64,000 nt of DNA from Mayamaea pseudoterrestris (Eukaryota), in NCBI GenBank assembly GCA_027923505.1, contig BROI01000002.1, positions 558,001-622,000 on the forward strand, in the 5' to 3' direction. Below, piece by piece: positions 1-12,500 of this stretch (position 1 is its first letter; each line of letters opens with the position of its first letter). A model generated the notes under the pieces. The model searched no databases and was not told the origin of the DNA. It saw only the letters and a program-made list of their open reading frames with translations. The translations under genes were made by a program, and so were the position numbers.

Positions 1-1326
1 GTCCCTTGCAATGGTTGAGTAAATCATATGTTGGCTGCACCATTTGTTGGCATTGACGACAATTGATCGCATCATTTCTCGATTGCTGGGATCCGTGACA
101 AAGGCGGCCTTGGCAAGTAAATCCGACAAGTCATGCTTGACAGGAACAAAGTGCACCCATGGCTGCAGTGACTTGTAAAAGTAGTCCACGTAGCGAGGCT
201 CCACCTTGACAATGACGGAATTGTAGCACAAGAGTTTGCCGAATCGAGAGCTCCAAGAATTACCATCAATGTCAAGGATCCCCATGTACCTCATGAATCG
301 TTCCTGCGGCTTGATTGACTTGGCCAAACCACCAAAATAGGAGATGTTAACCGTCTCCCTGCCGCGACTATGTCGTTCGGGTATGCTTGACAGACCAATG
401 TCCAGTAGATCGCTGGGATGATCCACCGGAAAGCGAGCAATGCGCGCCCGGTCACTCTTGTAGTTCTTCAACGCGCCCGTCAACGATCCTCGCCACACAA
501 TCTTGGGGAGCTTTTCGTCCATGGTGAAGTTTCTTTCGTATTCCTGAAACGAGGTCTCCCATTCTTTAGGTGTAAACTTGGAATCAAGAATAGTCTTGTA
601 GGTTGGCAGCGGAAAACTATAATTGCAGGAAAGTGAACCACAGACAGTAAACAGTGGGACTGAAAGATTATGAAAATTGTTGCGATTGCAGGACAAAAAG
701 TCTCCGTTCCAAACAAGAAACGGAAAGCCTCCGTCTTTGAGTGCTTGACGCAGGCGCGGCCACTGGTTCATCTTGTCACGACGGAGCGTGTGATGCGCCA
801 GTCGCATGGCTTCCTCCGTTGGATAGACGCGATACCGTTGATTGGCTTTGGTGATTATGGAGCGCTTCGTCGTAGATACATGCAAGCCTCGGGCATTTAA
901 AACATACAACAGTTCTGGAAACTGGTGGTATATTCTGGGCCATGGTAGTGTCGTTGCGTTCGTTGGCATTGCCTCGATGAAGGTTTGCAGCGCGCTAAAT
1001 TGAATTCCTTGACTGTCCCAACGAGGAAAGTTCCAGTTTCGAGGCGTCGTCAATTCGTCGCGAAATAGGAATTCGTGTCCCACGGACGGATGCAATTGAG
1101 AAGTATTTTCAAATGCCAATAGCTCATTTTGCTGGGCCCTCTGCTCTCGTCGTCTCAACGTTGCTATAATTGGAGAGCGGTCCTTGCTTGGCAGGAAGGC
1201 TGCCGATACAGCCTCGAGATCATGCTGCACCGTCTCACTGTGAATACTCAACATGATGGCATAGGCAGCCATTAATAGAAATAGCAGTATGTAGCCTCGG
1301 TGAACGAATGTAAACGGCTGGTTCAT
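1..1326 (-). CDS. CAP10/glycosyltransferase family 90 (POGLUT/KDELC-like) type II membrane protein; 3' end runs off the left edge
   Basis: Not in the ORF track because there is no stop inside the window. Manual translation from ATG at 1326 stays open to position 1: N-terminal hydrophobic anchor (YILLFLLMAAYAIML), then KIVWRGSLTG and LDIDGNSWSSRFGKLLCYNSVIVKVEPRYVDYFYKSLQPWVHFVPVKHDL, typical GT90 motifs. Confidence 0.85.
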   Translation of the reverse strand, partial: MNQPFTFVHRGYILLFLLMAAYAIMLSIHSETVQHDLEAVSAAFLPSKDRSPIIATLRRREQRAQQNELLAFENTSQLHPSVGHEFLFRDELTTPRNWNFPRWDSQGIQFSALQTFIEAMPTNATTLPWPRIYHQFPELLYVLNARGLHVSTTKRSIITKANQRYRVYPTEEAMRLAHHTLRRDKMNQWPRLRQALKDGGFPFLVWNGDFLSCNRNNFHNLSVPLFTVCGSLSCNYSFPLPTYKTILDSKFTPKEWETSFQEYERNFTMDEKLPKIVWRGSLTGALKNYKSDRARIARFPVDHPSDLLDIGLSSIPERHSRGRETVNISYFGGLAKSIKPQERFMRYMGILDIDGNSWSSRFGKLLCYNSVIVKVEPRYVDYFYKSLQPWVHFVPVKHDLSDLLAKAAFVTDPSNREMMRSIVVNANKWCSQHMIYSTIARD

Positions 1327-1757
1327 TAGCAATGGCTTTCGTCCATGTTGTTGTTTTGTTGGTGAAACAGACTTGCTAGGAGAGCGCCTTTTCATGTTTG
1401 GGCTAATCATTATCGACTATGCGTTTTGCAACTTAGCAATACATTGCGATGACAGGTTTCTATACAAGCTTAGCGCCTGTAGGTCGACGACCATGGAGCA
1501 GATTGGGAACTGCTTTTGGCGTCCGTCGGTGCTCGTCATCGCGCACGATGGCGATGAGTCAAAACCAGTGCGATCTTCTGTTGTCTTAGCGGTTCTGGGG
1601 GAAGTCAGCTGACGAGGAAGATCCATCCACATCCAACTGACTCTGGTCGTAAAGCATCTGGCCTACAAGCTTGCATTGACGTTAGACTTGCTTAAACATC
1701 AAGAGCAATCCATTGCATCAGTTGTTGTAGCTAAATTCATCCATTCCAAGCATTTGC

Positions 1758-2378
1758 ATGGCAGCAATGATCGGATCTGCGACACTGCGACGCTTGGCAA
1801 AACAATTGGCGCGCTGCTCGGCTGCTGCAGCTGGCAAGCCCATCGTCGGAGCAGCACATTTACAAACCACTTGCACCATTCGAACCTATCGCGGCGAAGC
1901 CAAGGAGGATGTGTCGCGCTTGACGACGGACGAGGAAGCATTGTTAAAGCTTGCGGCTCCAAAGCTTGAACAGATTTATGCGCGACACATTCGTTTGCCC
2001 GACTTGAACGACGTTCCCAAAGGTTCGCTTGGTCTCGATAACACGGAGGACGAACTCGATATTCGTCGCAAGCGACTTGTATATAGAAGCAAGCAGCGAG
2101 GCTGGCTTGAAGTGGATTTGCTGCTTGGAACGTGGGCCAGTCAAAATGTTGCGTCGCTCAATGCGAACGAACTTGACCAGTTTGAAAACTTTGTCAATGA
2201 GGAAACGATTGATATCTACAACATTTTGACATTGCGTTTGGACATTCCTGAGGAGTTAAAGACGCCTGACAGAAACAGTGTGATTGAGCGCATTCAGCAA
2301 TGGGCTCGGGGCAACCCTTTGGGCAAGGCTGATCCAGCCGCGTACGAGAAGATGAAGGCGGACCACAACTTGATTTAG
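1758..2378 (+). CDS. SDHAF2: Succinate dehydrogenase assembly factor 2 (Sdh5/SdhE flavinylation factor), mitochondrial
   Basis: RRKRLVYRSKQRGWLEVDLLLG carries the RGxxExD Sdh5 signature; Arg/Ala-rich N-terminus resembles a mitochondrial presequence. Confidence 0.9.
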   Translation: MAAMIGSATLRRLAKQLARCSAAAAGKPIVGAAHLQTTCTIRTYRGEAKEDVSRLTTDEEALLKLAAPKLEQIYARHIRLPDLNDVPKGSLGLDNTEDELDIRRKRLVYRSKQRGWLEVDLLLGTWASQNVASLNANELDQFENFVNEETIDIYNILTLRLDIPEELKTPDRNSVIERIQQWARGNPLGKADPAAYEKMKADHNLI

Positions 2379-4282
2379 TAACGCACTGCGGTTGTACGGT
2401 AATGCTTATATTATTTTCTTTAGTGTCTTAGGCCGCGAGAAATCCTGTGTCGTAGCAATATCGACGATCAGCGCCAATCGACAAGTGTGCTTGCATCGCG
2501 AACAGATCATCACATTTAACTCTTGCAACATCAGGTTCCACTTCGCATATCGACGCTACGGAGAAGGCTTCCTGCCGACCCCTGTTACCTTAAAAGGAGC
2601 TTTGCTACATCTCGTTAGCGAGTTCATAACCTTTTGTCAGAAGACATCAGCGTTTGGCACTGTTGCCTCGCAGCAAGCGCGGTATTTCACAGCAACAGCA
2701 TGCAGCAGGCGCCACGACGGACAACTTGACAAGACAGATACCTTTGCCATCTACGCGAACGTTGCGCATCTTCAGTCTACAGCACCCGCACATTGAATGC
2801 AGCATGAAGTCAAGATACCGTATGGACGTATGGAGGACGTAGTCATTGCGTCGAGCCGCCACCGCGTCGAGCCGTCGTTGTGCCTGTGAGTGGATTTGTA
2901 GCATGCAGCAATCAGCAGTTCATCCAGCATGCAATTTAAAAGAGTCATTATTTTCACTTCGAGTGGCCACCGTGGCGAGCCGTTGTCCCATCGGCGCATT
3001 TGCACTACGCTCTACCGGCACTTTGTCATCCGCATCTGCAGCAGCCCGAAACAAATCCAGCATGCAATTTTGTTGATGTAAGCATCGCTGCTCTACCGTT
3101 AGTAATAAAGTGCGGATTGAATTGCAGGATATTGGTTCAAGAGCAACGAGAAAGAGCAATGCGCAATGACAGTGTATGCAGTTCTGCGTGTAAGCTAATC
3201 AATGACAAACTGCATGCAGTTTCGTGTGTCGCGGGTCGCGGTGCATATATGAGTGGTCCATAAGCCAGCTACGTCTGTTAGTATCGCTGCATATGCACAA
3301 ACTGCTTCGTAGCAGCAGCAATGACGGTGTACCGGTATGCAGTTTTGAGTGCTCCTATAGGCCAAGACCTGTTTTGGCGATAAGTCCTGTTACATGTGCA
3401 ACACACGCGCCGAGTCGTGCCTCCGCTCTTGCTGCGGGAACCAGTGATTCGCGTGGAATTGATCGTGGCTGTTGGCTGACGCGTGTCGAATGATACATAT
3501 GAGCAATGCCAAGTTTTAGGCCATTGCTGGTTCACGAAGGCATGTTCGCCTTCGTTGTGGAAGCGTGCAAGAACGACTCATTTTTGTTATTGGGCCTAAG
3601 TGGATTTCATTTGCACAAGGACGTGGCGCACGACCGTGAACTTCAATGAGACATGATGACATAAGCATCGCCTGCATGCAGTTTTCGCGCAAGACAGTGA
3701 TATTTTCTCGAAAAATCGAGCGCAATACGCATGAACAGAAAATGCTGACTCATAAGGTCACGGGACCGTGCGTACCGTTCGGCTGAATTGACACTGCCAC
3801 CAGCTGGTAAGTTTATCCGCGAGTATCAACAGCAATTGATCCCGCTCCTCTACATGGCAGCCAATGTTAACAAGAAGATTCGATGCTAAGATATTTAATT
3901 AGCATTATCTACTACTTGGATTGCTAGTCCGCTCTCCATGGTCCCGCAATAGCCGTCGTTTAATCGCGGGCGGACTAAATGACGCAAGACCTTCTGCCGT
4001 GTGACACGAAGAACAAGAAACGGATGAGTGACCTGGATACAGTTTGTCCGAAAGTCGTCAGTGAGTAGGCAAGAAACAGTAGGCGAGCGGGAAATCACTT
4101 GGCTGACTCAGTCAATATTCTTTTCTCCGATAGGTTAATCACGTTGAAGTACGTTTCGCTGTTCTCTTAAATTTTCGACCTCGTTATAACCCGGACTTCG
4201 CACCAGCAAAACGCAACAAAACAGTTCTCTCACAAAATCCACTTCTGCTCTTGATCAAACGAAGCAACACATCATCATCATC

Positions 4283-5999
4283 ATGAACTCAATGAACGAT
4301 ATGTCATCCAACCACACATCAAGCTCTTGCTCCAAGAAGAAGGGAGGCAAGAAGAATGAGCTTTCGTCCAACGCCCCAATCTTTCTCAGAGTAAGTAAAC
4401 TGTCTGCTTTCTCGTCTTGACAAGAGCCTGCGCTTGGACCGAACCGTCGTGCCATTTCTGCGATCTTGGTTGCGATCTCCTATGCATCGGTCGAGAGATG
4501 CGCCCGTTTGCTTGTCTCAATACCTTGCGCGACGATGCAGTCGCCTCCTGCTTGTTTGATGGTGATTGAAAATTTTGACACTTCAAGTATCATTTTGGCA
4601 ATTACTCCGGAATCCTTTTTTGCTCGCTCTCAAGTCGACACCTCTCACACGCCTTCTCTTCCTCTACTACTACAGAAAACTTACACCATGATCGATACTT
4701 GCGATTCCTCAATCGCCGCATGGTAAGTCATTAACGCTTGTTTCATTTTGCCTCTTGACGGACTTGGAGCGCAGATGTCGTCGCCGTCAGGCGTATCACT
4801 GTAAAGCCGCATGCTCAACCGTATCATTCTTGCCATCAATCAACAGGTCCATCGACGGTCAAACCTTTCTCGTCAAGGATACGGAACGATTTGCATCCGA
4901 AATCATTCCCGAGTTTTTCAAGCACAACAACTTTAGCTCCTTCGTGCGCCAATTGAACTTCTACGGATTCCGCAAGATCAAGTGCGATTCACTCCGCATC
5001 AAGGACGCTGAAAACTGCGAAGAATCCAAGTACTGGCGCTTCAAGCATGAGCGATTCCTTCGCGGCCGCCCGGACCTTTTGGCCGAGATTCGCAAGTCCA
5101 ACCACAATGAATCTGCCGACAAGCAAGAGGTTGATACGCTCCGGTGCGAAGTCAGCTGCCTCAAGTCGCAGTTGGAGCAAATGCAGGACGACATGACGCG
5201 TCTTACGACCCTCGTCGGTGGTATGCTCGAACAGTCAACGACCTACCCCATCAAGAAGCGCAAGCTTGACTTGATCAAGTCGGACACGTATGCACCGTAC
5301 TCAGTCAGCTCCGACCTTGGCCGCGTCGATGAGCTCAAAGGGGAGAACATTGATCCCTACTTTACCGGAAGCATCAAGCACACCCAGGTGAACCGCCGCG
5401 AGAGCTACACTTTTAACGCTGACGACGAACAAATTCTTTCATCCTTGTTCGCATTAGATGCCGACGAAGAGATTGACGTTCTCGAGACTGGACGCGACAT
5501 GGTTGACAACAAGGTTGCGCCTCCTCTCGTCGAAAAGTTGTCGGCGGCACTTTCCAAGCTCCCCAAGACGATGCAGGAAGTCTTTGTCGAACGCATGGTT
5601 GCTGTCATCACCGAGCCGGAAGCCATGCGCTCGCAGGCCCAAGCTTTGTCGTCGCTCGCAACATCTGCTGCCGAGGAAGCTCGCCTTCGCTTGTCGGGTG
5701 CTGGTCACTCGGTTGACAGTCCGCAAACTACCCAGTTGGCTGCCTCGGTTCTTGGCGCCTACCTTTCCAAGTACACAACGAGCAAGGTTCAAGTCGAGGC
5801 TTTTGAGCCACCTCGCTCATACTCGCACTGCATGGAACAGGAACGCCAATCCCTGTGCCAACCCATGCCCTTGAACGCCCCCGAGTTTGACAATTACTAC
5901 CAGCAAGAGTCGATGGGATCTTTCATCCCAGTCCATGACTCCATGATGCACGACGATGCCATAGGCACTATGGTTCCCATTTCATTGGAAGGCTTGTAA
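4283..5999 (+). CDS. HSF: Heat shock transcription factor; exons 4283-4390, 4676-4722, 4847-5999
   Basis: Spliced product gives PIFLR|KTYTMID...IAAW|SIDGQTF...[21 protein letters not shown] (HSF DNA-binding domain) followed by a coiled coil; both introns GTAAGT...CAG and in frame. Confidence 0.92.
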
Positions 6000-6322
6000 G
6001 AAAAGAATACAGCCGCTTCCAGCGCTGGTTGACGACCCTGCACATTGGCTACGTCCTACATGATATATGTTACTCGCAAGCTCGCAAGACATGCGCGCGC
6101 ATCGTCCCGTGTGTTGCATTCACTCTCCATTCACTACATGATTGGTTGCCCTTTGGCAGCAAGTGTGCTTGTTCCAGTGTATATACTGCACCAATACATT
6201 TTCTATCTGATGGTAACGCAATCAGTGCGTAAGCCATTATACACAAGTCGACTAGTTTCTAAACTAGAATGCATATTTTACTATTTTACACAATTCTTTA
6301 CATAATTTATGTACCGATAAAC

Positions 6323-7200
6323 TTACAATTCATCCATTGCAACGGCAAATTGATGCTCCTGCGTGAAGGTTGAAACAAAGGCCGTGTACGGATCAAGGTT
6401 GATGGTCGCATGCCAGTAGCGGTCGGGAAAGTAAACTAAGTCGCCAGGATTTACTGGTGATGTAGTCGAAGGCGCGTGAGAGATTGGCCTCAGACCTAAT
6501 GCGTATTTGATTATCACAACTTACAAGTACATTCCAATGGTTTCTGCTTGGCTTGCGGATATTTATGCTCCATCCATTGCCGACTCGACTCATCCTTGTG
6601 AAAGACAGGAGGATGCTCCTTTGGATACATGACCCAATGCTTGCGACCGTGTATTGCTTCACTAAAGCCAGGACCATGCACATGCCACTGGACGCCCGAT
6701 CCAATATTGCCAATCCCAAAGCTCAATGCAACGTCGTGTGGCGTGCAGGCGACGCATGGCGGAAGCTCGTAATTGGCCAGCAATCGCTTCCAATCACTCC
6801 CATACGTTTCTCCAAAAAGGTACCAACTCTCGTTGGAGTTTTGTTCAAGCTTCGTTTCGCGACTTGCTATTGTTTCGTCAATGTAAGTTTGCAGGCGCAT
6901 CTCGCGTCGGTGCTCGGAGAGCGAGTTGCTACTGGAAAGCGTCACGTTGAAATCAGGCCCTAGATAACGACCAATAAGTTCCGGTCTTGTGAATTGCGTG
7001 AACAACACGTTGCGAGTGGAGCTAGCGAGAATGACTATAGGTTCTTGATAAAGTGGAGGCAGACCTTGCGAGCCGAATTGTTCCATCAACGCTTCATGCG
7101 AAATCCTTTTGATGTTGCAGGGGTGATCGTCAAGCGGATCCCAACTCGAGTGGCGCACAACTAGTAGGCACGTGATGAGTAATCGTAAAGAAGTATTCAT
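6323..7200 (-). CDS. JmjC/cupin-like oxygenase (JMJD8-like) with signal peptide; intron 6454-6524
   Basis: SFGIGNIGSGVQWHVHGPGFSEAIHGRKHW and spliced CTL|NPGDLVYFPDRYWHATINL (HxH...H JmjC-like pattern); MNTSLRLLITCLLVV signal-like start. Confidence 0.75.
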
Positions 7201-7678
7201 TTTTTCGAAGATACATGCCGATAAATTGATAACGATTTGACGTGCCAGCCGCATGCCGCATGGTGGATGATGAAGCAATGAGGTTGATCGCCGCGATGGC
7301 GGCGAAAACGTCATTGAATCGTTCCGGTACACAAGTTGCAAAAAATAGCAACTCGAAGGTACCGGTACGTATTCATTGGAGTATGCACAGTATACAAGAA
7401 CAAAGATTATATATGTATAGCATTCACGAATATACGCATATCCTTGTGAAGGAAAGCTCATGCATAGTCCATTACGATTAACTTGGTAGTGCAAGTAGTA
7501 AAAAAACGACGCACAGCCACACCCAAATGCCGGCTAACAACGCATGGCTGATTCATTTGACATATATCATGAAGAATATCGGTCTTCTGCCAAACTCAAT
7601 CACATTCCGAATACAACTTGTCAGACTGCCAGTGTCCTTGTCATGGAGCCGTCGAGCGCGATCCATGTGTCTGCATTT

Positions 7679-8449
7679 CTACAACCTTGCATGTTGCGAC
7701 GGTTGACAGCCTTGCAAAAACGCATCAACAGATTGCTCATATTCCTTTGAGTGATCAATATAGTGCGCGCAATGCCTCGAATGATCCCACACCTTCTCCG
7801 TCACGAATGCTCCACGCTCCTTCCGCGCCTGCGCAAGCTTCGCCACTTGCTGGTATGGCATGAGCGGGTCATCTTTGGAGTACAGAAACAGCTGCGGAAC
7901 TAGCCATGGATCGTCTCGCAAATTATGCAAATACTCGTCTGCTCTGGCTTTAACGTGCGGCTCCCATTTCGTGTGATTATGAGCCTTCCAGTAGTAGTTG
8001 CCGTAGCGCCAAAGAACCTGTAAACGCTCCATCCAGGTGCAAAACTCGAAAGCCATGGTGATGCGGTGTAATTCAAAACCAGGACACGAGTCCATAATGA
8101 CTCCCACCGGTGGCATTGTGGTAGCTTTCCGAAAGGCTTCCCAAACAAAGCAACCGCCATTCGAAAAGCAATGAAACACGTAGGAGGTGCAGTTGGACGC
8201 CCGGAGATCGTCGAGCATCTGCTCGACTAACTGGTTTATTTCATATTTTCCCTTGTCAAGTGCTTCTGCTTGTGATTTAATACTGGTGGTGTAGTAAGGG
8301 AGTGTGCATTCAAAGACTGCCGATGGAGGAGCAATGTAGCTCAAGACTTGCATGTTTCGACGACGATAAAACTCTTCGTAGCGTCGGAGACTGCGGGGTT
8401 GACATCCAAGCCAGCCTGCCAAAATCACGATTGGTCTTGAAACCGACAT
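7679..8449 (-). CDS. TMEM53/DUF829-like alpha/beta-hydrolase-fold protein ending in -ARL
   Basis: IVILAGWLG, FHCFSNGG, IMDSCPG, QLFLYSKDDPLM, SRHCAHY motifs typical of DUF829; likely ATG at 8449. Confidence 0.8.
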   Translation of the reverse strand: MSVSRPIVILAGWLGCQPRSLRRYEEFYRRRNMQVLSYIAPPSAVFECTLPYYTTSIKSQAEALDKGKYEINQLVEQMLDDLRASNCTSYVFHCFSNGGCFVWEAFRKATTMPPVGVIMDSCPGFELHRITMAFEFCTWMERLQVLWRYGNYYWKAHNHTKWEPHVKARADEYLHNLRDDPWLVPQLFLYSKDDPLMPYQQVAKLAQARKERGAFVTEKVWDHSRHCAHYIDHSKEYEQSVDAFLQGCQPSQHARL

Positions 8450-8685
8450 GATATCGATGATAAGATACAACAGTAGACAGGCTCGTTCAATGGATTGACT
8501 GTGAGACGAACGTGACTGACCATCGATCCATCGTCGAAATTTCGAAACGCCAATAGACGCACTGGCACTCAATGGAATCGGACGATGCAACGACCGCGCC
8601 TTCCCAGTCACGACCTTCCGCGTGACACCATCAGCAGCGTGGAACAAGCCGAAAGCGTTCGTTGCTCAAGCGATAATTGATCACC

Positions 8686-9396
8686 ATGGCAGGACGGTCA
8701 ATGTTGCATCGACTGCTGCAGCTACTGTATGCTCTACTATGCATAGTAGCGACTGCGAGTGGCTTTCAATCTCCGCTCGTTGCAGCGCGAAGAAGCCTGT
8801 CCGTCAAGCAGACAGTGATGCACCTTGCGACGGAGCCGTTGAAAGACCCATCCGCGGAGGAGTCGCAGCAGTCAATCCTCCAAGTCATTGACCGCGCTGG
8901 CTTGTCCTTGAAACCAAAGGCGTATCGAGCGAGTGAGCAGGCTAATCTAGCTGATAAACGGTCGAAGAAGGCTTTATTTCTGGCAAAGACGTGCCTCTAT
9001 TACACCATGTTTATCTTTTACAGAGCCTATCGCGGAATCTTTGTCATTTTGCCTGTCGTCTTTCGACAGGTCTACCAAAAATTGGGAAATGCAGTCGAGA
9101 GTCCGTTTATAGACTCGGTTGGAAAGGATGATGTCAATCCTGCGACGGGCCGAGTACGATTGAGGACGCGCATTACGGTTTCCATATTGGCAAGTCTTGT
9201 CACGCTGAGCTATGTGATTCAAGGAGCCTTTCGCGTCATTATGATGTTTTTTAGAAACTTGTCCAAGACGAGCGATGTTTCGGGTAGCTTTGCGGCTGCC
9301 GCCATGGAGCAGGAGGCGAATGAGCGAAACTTGCAGCGCATGGCGCGACCGGACGATTTGCTGAATGGAGTACCAATGGATGATCTGAAACCTTGA
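8686..9396 (+). CDS. Unknown, probably plastid-targeted membrane protein
   Basis: Signal peptide ending TASG-FQSP (ASAFAP-like), two hydrophobic segments; no family recognised. Confidence 0.6.
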   Translation: MAGRSMLHRLLQLLYALLCIVATASGFQSPLVAARRSLSVKQTVMHLATEPLKDPSAEESQQSILQVIDRAGLSLKPKAYRASEQANLADKRSKKALFLAKTCLYYTMFIFYRAYRGIFVILPVVFRQVYQKLGNAVESPFIDSVGKDDVNPATGRVRLRTRITVSILASLVTLSYVIQGAFRVIMMFFRNLSKTSDVSGSFAAAAMEQEANERNLQRMARPDDLLNGVPMDDLKP

Positions 9397-9566
9397 TGGC
9401 TTGATCATGGTTTGTCCTTTTATGCTTTACATTTATTTTACTACGTTTATTAATGGATATTATTGCTTGTACATGCTGCATATGGTCTACTGTCCATTTT
9501 CAGGAGGCACCTCTGATTGGAATTAGGACTGCGGATGATACACACTTCAACATAACTCTTTTTTTA

Positions 9567-12500
9567 TTAAATTTCAAAGTCTTCCGACAATATGTTTCGT
9601 ATCTTTTCGCAGCTTTCTTTGGCATCGCCCAGCAAGACGGCAGCATTCTCGCGAAACAACAAGGGATTTTGCATGCCGGCGTATCCCGTATTGCCAATGG
9701 ATCGCTTGCTGACAACTACTTGCTTGCTCTTCCAAACGCGAAGCACTGGCATGCCGTAAATTGAGCATCCAGGAATTTCTTCAGCTGCTGGACTGACAGT
9801 ATCGGATGCTCCAATCACAAGCGTCAAGTCGACCTCCCCAAATTCCTCGTTTATCTCCTCCATTTCAAACACCATATCGTATGGCACTCCAGCTTCAGCT
9901 AGTAGAACGTTCAGCTGACCAGGCATGCGGCCAGCAACTGGGTGAATACCAAAAATTACTTTCTTACCACTTGCCTTGAGCTTCTTGGCAATATCAGCAA
10001 TGGCAAACTGCGCCTGCGCAACGGCCAAGCCGTAACCTGGTGTAATGACAATCGACTTGGCCTCTCGGAGAGCTGTAGCTACATCGTCGACACTAATAGT
10101 GGCAATTTCTCCGTCAAACACTGGCTCCTCTCCAGGAGTCATTGCCTTTGTACCAGCGCCACCAAGCACCACCGAAACAATGTCACGCCCCATTGCTTGA
10201 CACATGATCCACGTCAATATTGCTCCAGAGAAGCCAATTAGTGCTCCCACTTGAGCTAAGAGAGGGTTTTGAAGGAGAAAACCTTCGGCGACGAGCGCCC
10301 ATCCAGAGTAGCTATTCAGAATGGTTACCACGACCGGCATGTCAGCACCACCGATACTGGCGGTGAGATGATAACCAAGCAGGGACGATACAACTGCCAC
10401 AAGTTCTAGCGCGCCGAGTTGTAGCGTGTCTGGGTCCAAACCCAAGCCAGCACCCAGGGAAGGATCCAAAAAGGTAGCCAAGCCCAGAGCACATACGCCG
10501 AGCAGACCAGCATTGATTCCGTCACGGCCAGGTAGCGACAATGGTTTCGAATCCATCATTTCCGAGAGCTTGCCAAACGCGACCAATGATCCGGAAAACG
10601 TGACACCTCCGACCAGTACAGCCAAGTAAATCATGGAAAGGATTCCATTTGAAAGGTCGCCACCAGAAAGGAACTCGCCAGCTGCTCCAGTCATTGCTGC
10701 AATACCAACTAGCGAGTGAAACGCAGCCACCGTCTGAGGAAGCTCCGTCGGCCCAACTCCTGAAGCTAGGACTGCACCAATGGAGGCACCGATTCCTCCA
10801 AGAAGTCCAACTTGTTCAAAGGCCGTGACTGAAGCTCCTGCAACAGACATGTCGCCAACCGTGGCGGCCAAACCTAGACCGACTCCAGTCATACCAAGAA
10901 CGTTGCCTGTTCGAGCTGTTTCTTGCTTCGAAAGACTAGCGATACCGGCAATGCAGCAAATAGCGCTAGCGATGGATACCGTTCCAGACATAGAGCCAAT
11001 GTCACCGAATCCTCCAAACACTGACGCAACCAGGCCTCCGATCAATAATGCAACCGGAATACTATACAGTTCAAAATAGTCACGCGGATCACCTTCGCGA
11101 CGAAACAAGTCCAGCATTTTGCCACTGACTAGGAACCCGCCAACAATATTGATAAACGAGAGCGTTATTGCTAGCGCTCCCATCCAGTGGGAGGGCGAAT
11201 CAGGAATCAGCGATCCGCCAGAATTATGCGCCAACAAAATCATTCCACCAAGCGCTGTCGTGCCTGAAATGGCATTTGTGACTGCCATGAGGGGCGAGTG
11301 TAGCGCTGGTGCGACGCCCCAGACGACTTGGTAGCCCGCCAATCCAGCCAAGGCAAATGTGGCCAGTAGCGAGACGCTACTTTGGTCGGCACCCGCACCA
11401 AAAGCAACCAAAGCCGCAGCTAATATGCTAGCAAATCCAGCATTCTTGATGAATGAATCCTTTTGCTTCTGCTCCGCAAGAGCTCGCTTTTCTTCTGGCG
11501 ACAACATAATTTCTGCCACAGTCTCAACCTTGGGTGGGGGAGGTGGCTCGTAAGCTTTGATCTTGTCCGGCCATCGCGCTTCCCCGTCGTAGGCAATAAG
11601 CATGTTTTGCACTGCGTCATCCTCCAGATCGATTTGGAACACAAACTTCTCCTTGGTTGTTTGTGGACCAATGCTTAGAATAAACTTTGCAACATTATTT
11701 GCGAACAAGTTGGAGGCCGTCGTTGCCAGTCGACTCGGCAGGTCTGTATATCCAACAATTTTAACTCCATTTGAAGTAGTGACAACCTCATTTGGTCGTG
11801 TTTGGGCAACATTACCTCCATTGGCAGCCGCTAGATCAACGCAGACCGACCCAGCCTTCATTGCGCTCAACATTTCTTCATTGACGAGGATCGGAGCCTT
11901 GCGTCCCGGAATAAGCGCCGTCGTAATAATTATATCCACTTCGCGAGCCTGTGCCATCATCATTTTAGCCTGTGCCTTTTTGTATTCCTCGCTGACTTCC
12001 TTTGCATATCCACCAGCTCCCGCTCCATCCTCATCAATGTCAACCTCTAGGAATGTGGCACCCATACTCTCGACCTGTTCCTTTGTCACACTCCTTACAT
12101 CAAACGCCCGCACAATGGCTCCCATATTTTTGGCCGTTTGAATCGCCGCCAGTCCAGCCACGCCAGCGCCCAATACCAGCACCTTGGCGGGCGGCACCTT
12201 GCCAGCCGCCGTCATTTGGCCCGCAAAGAAGCGCGGAAACTGCTCGGCCGCCTCAATGACGGCCCGATAGCCGGCAATGTTGGCCTGGGAGCTGAGAGTG
12301 TCAAAGGATTGTCCGCGAGAAAGTAAGCGAGGCACGCAGTCCAATGCAAACACGTTTGTCTTTTGGTTGGCGAGTGACTGGTAGAGTTCCGGATATATTG
12401 CAGGTTGAATGGTTGCAATGAGCGTCTTGCCGGCAAGTTTTGGGACTTCGTTCTCGGTAGGAGGACGTATTTTTGTCAAAATGTCAGCATCCTTGTAGAC

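Noticed and set aside
2392..4100. Short ORFs between SDHAF2 and HSF
   Set aside because: No recognisable domains, no consistent strand or spliceable model found.
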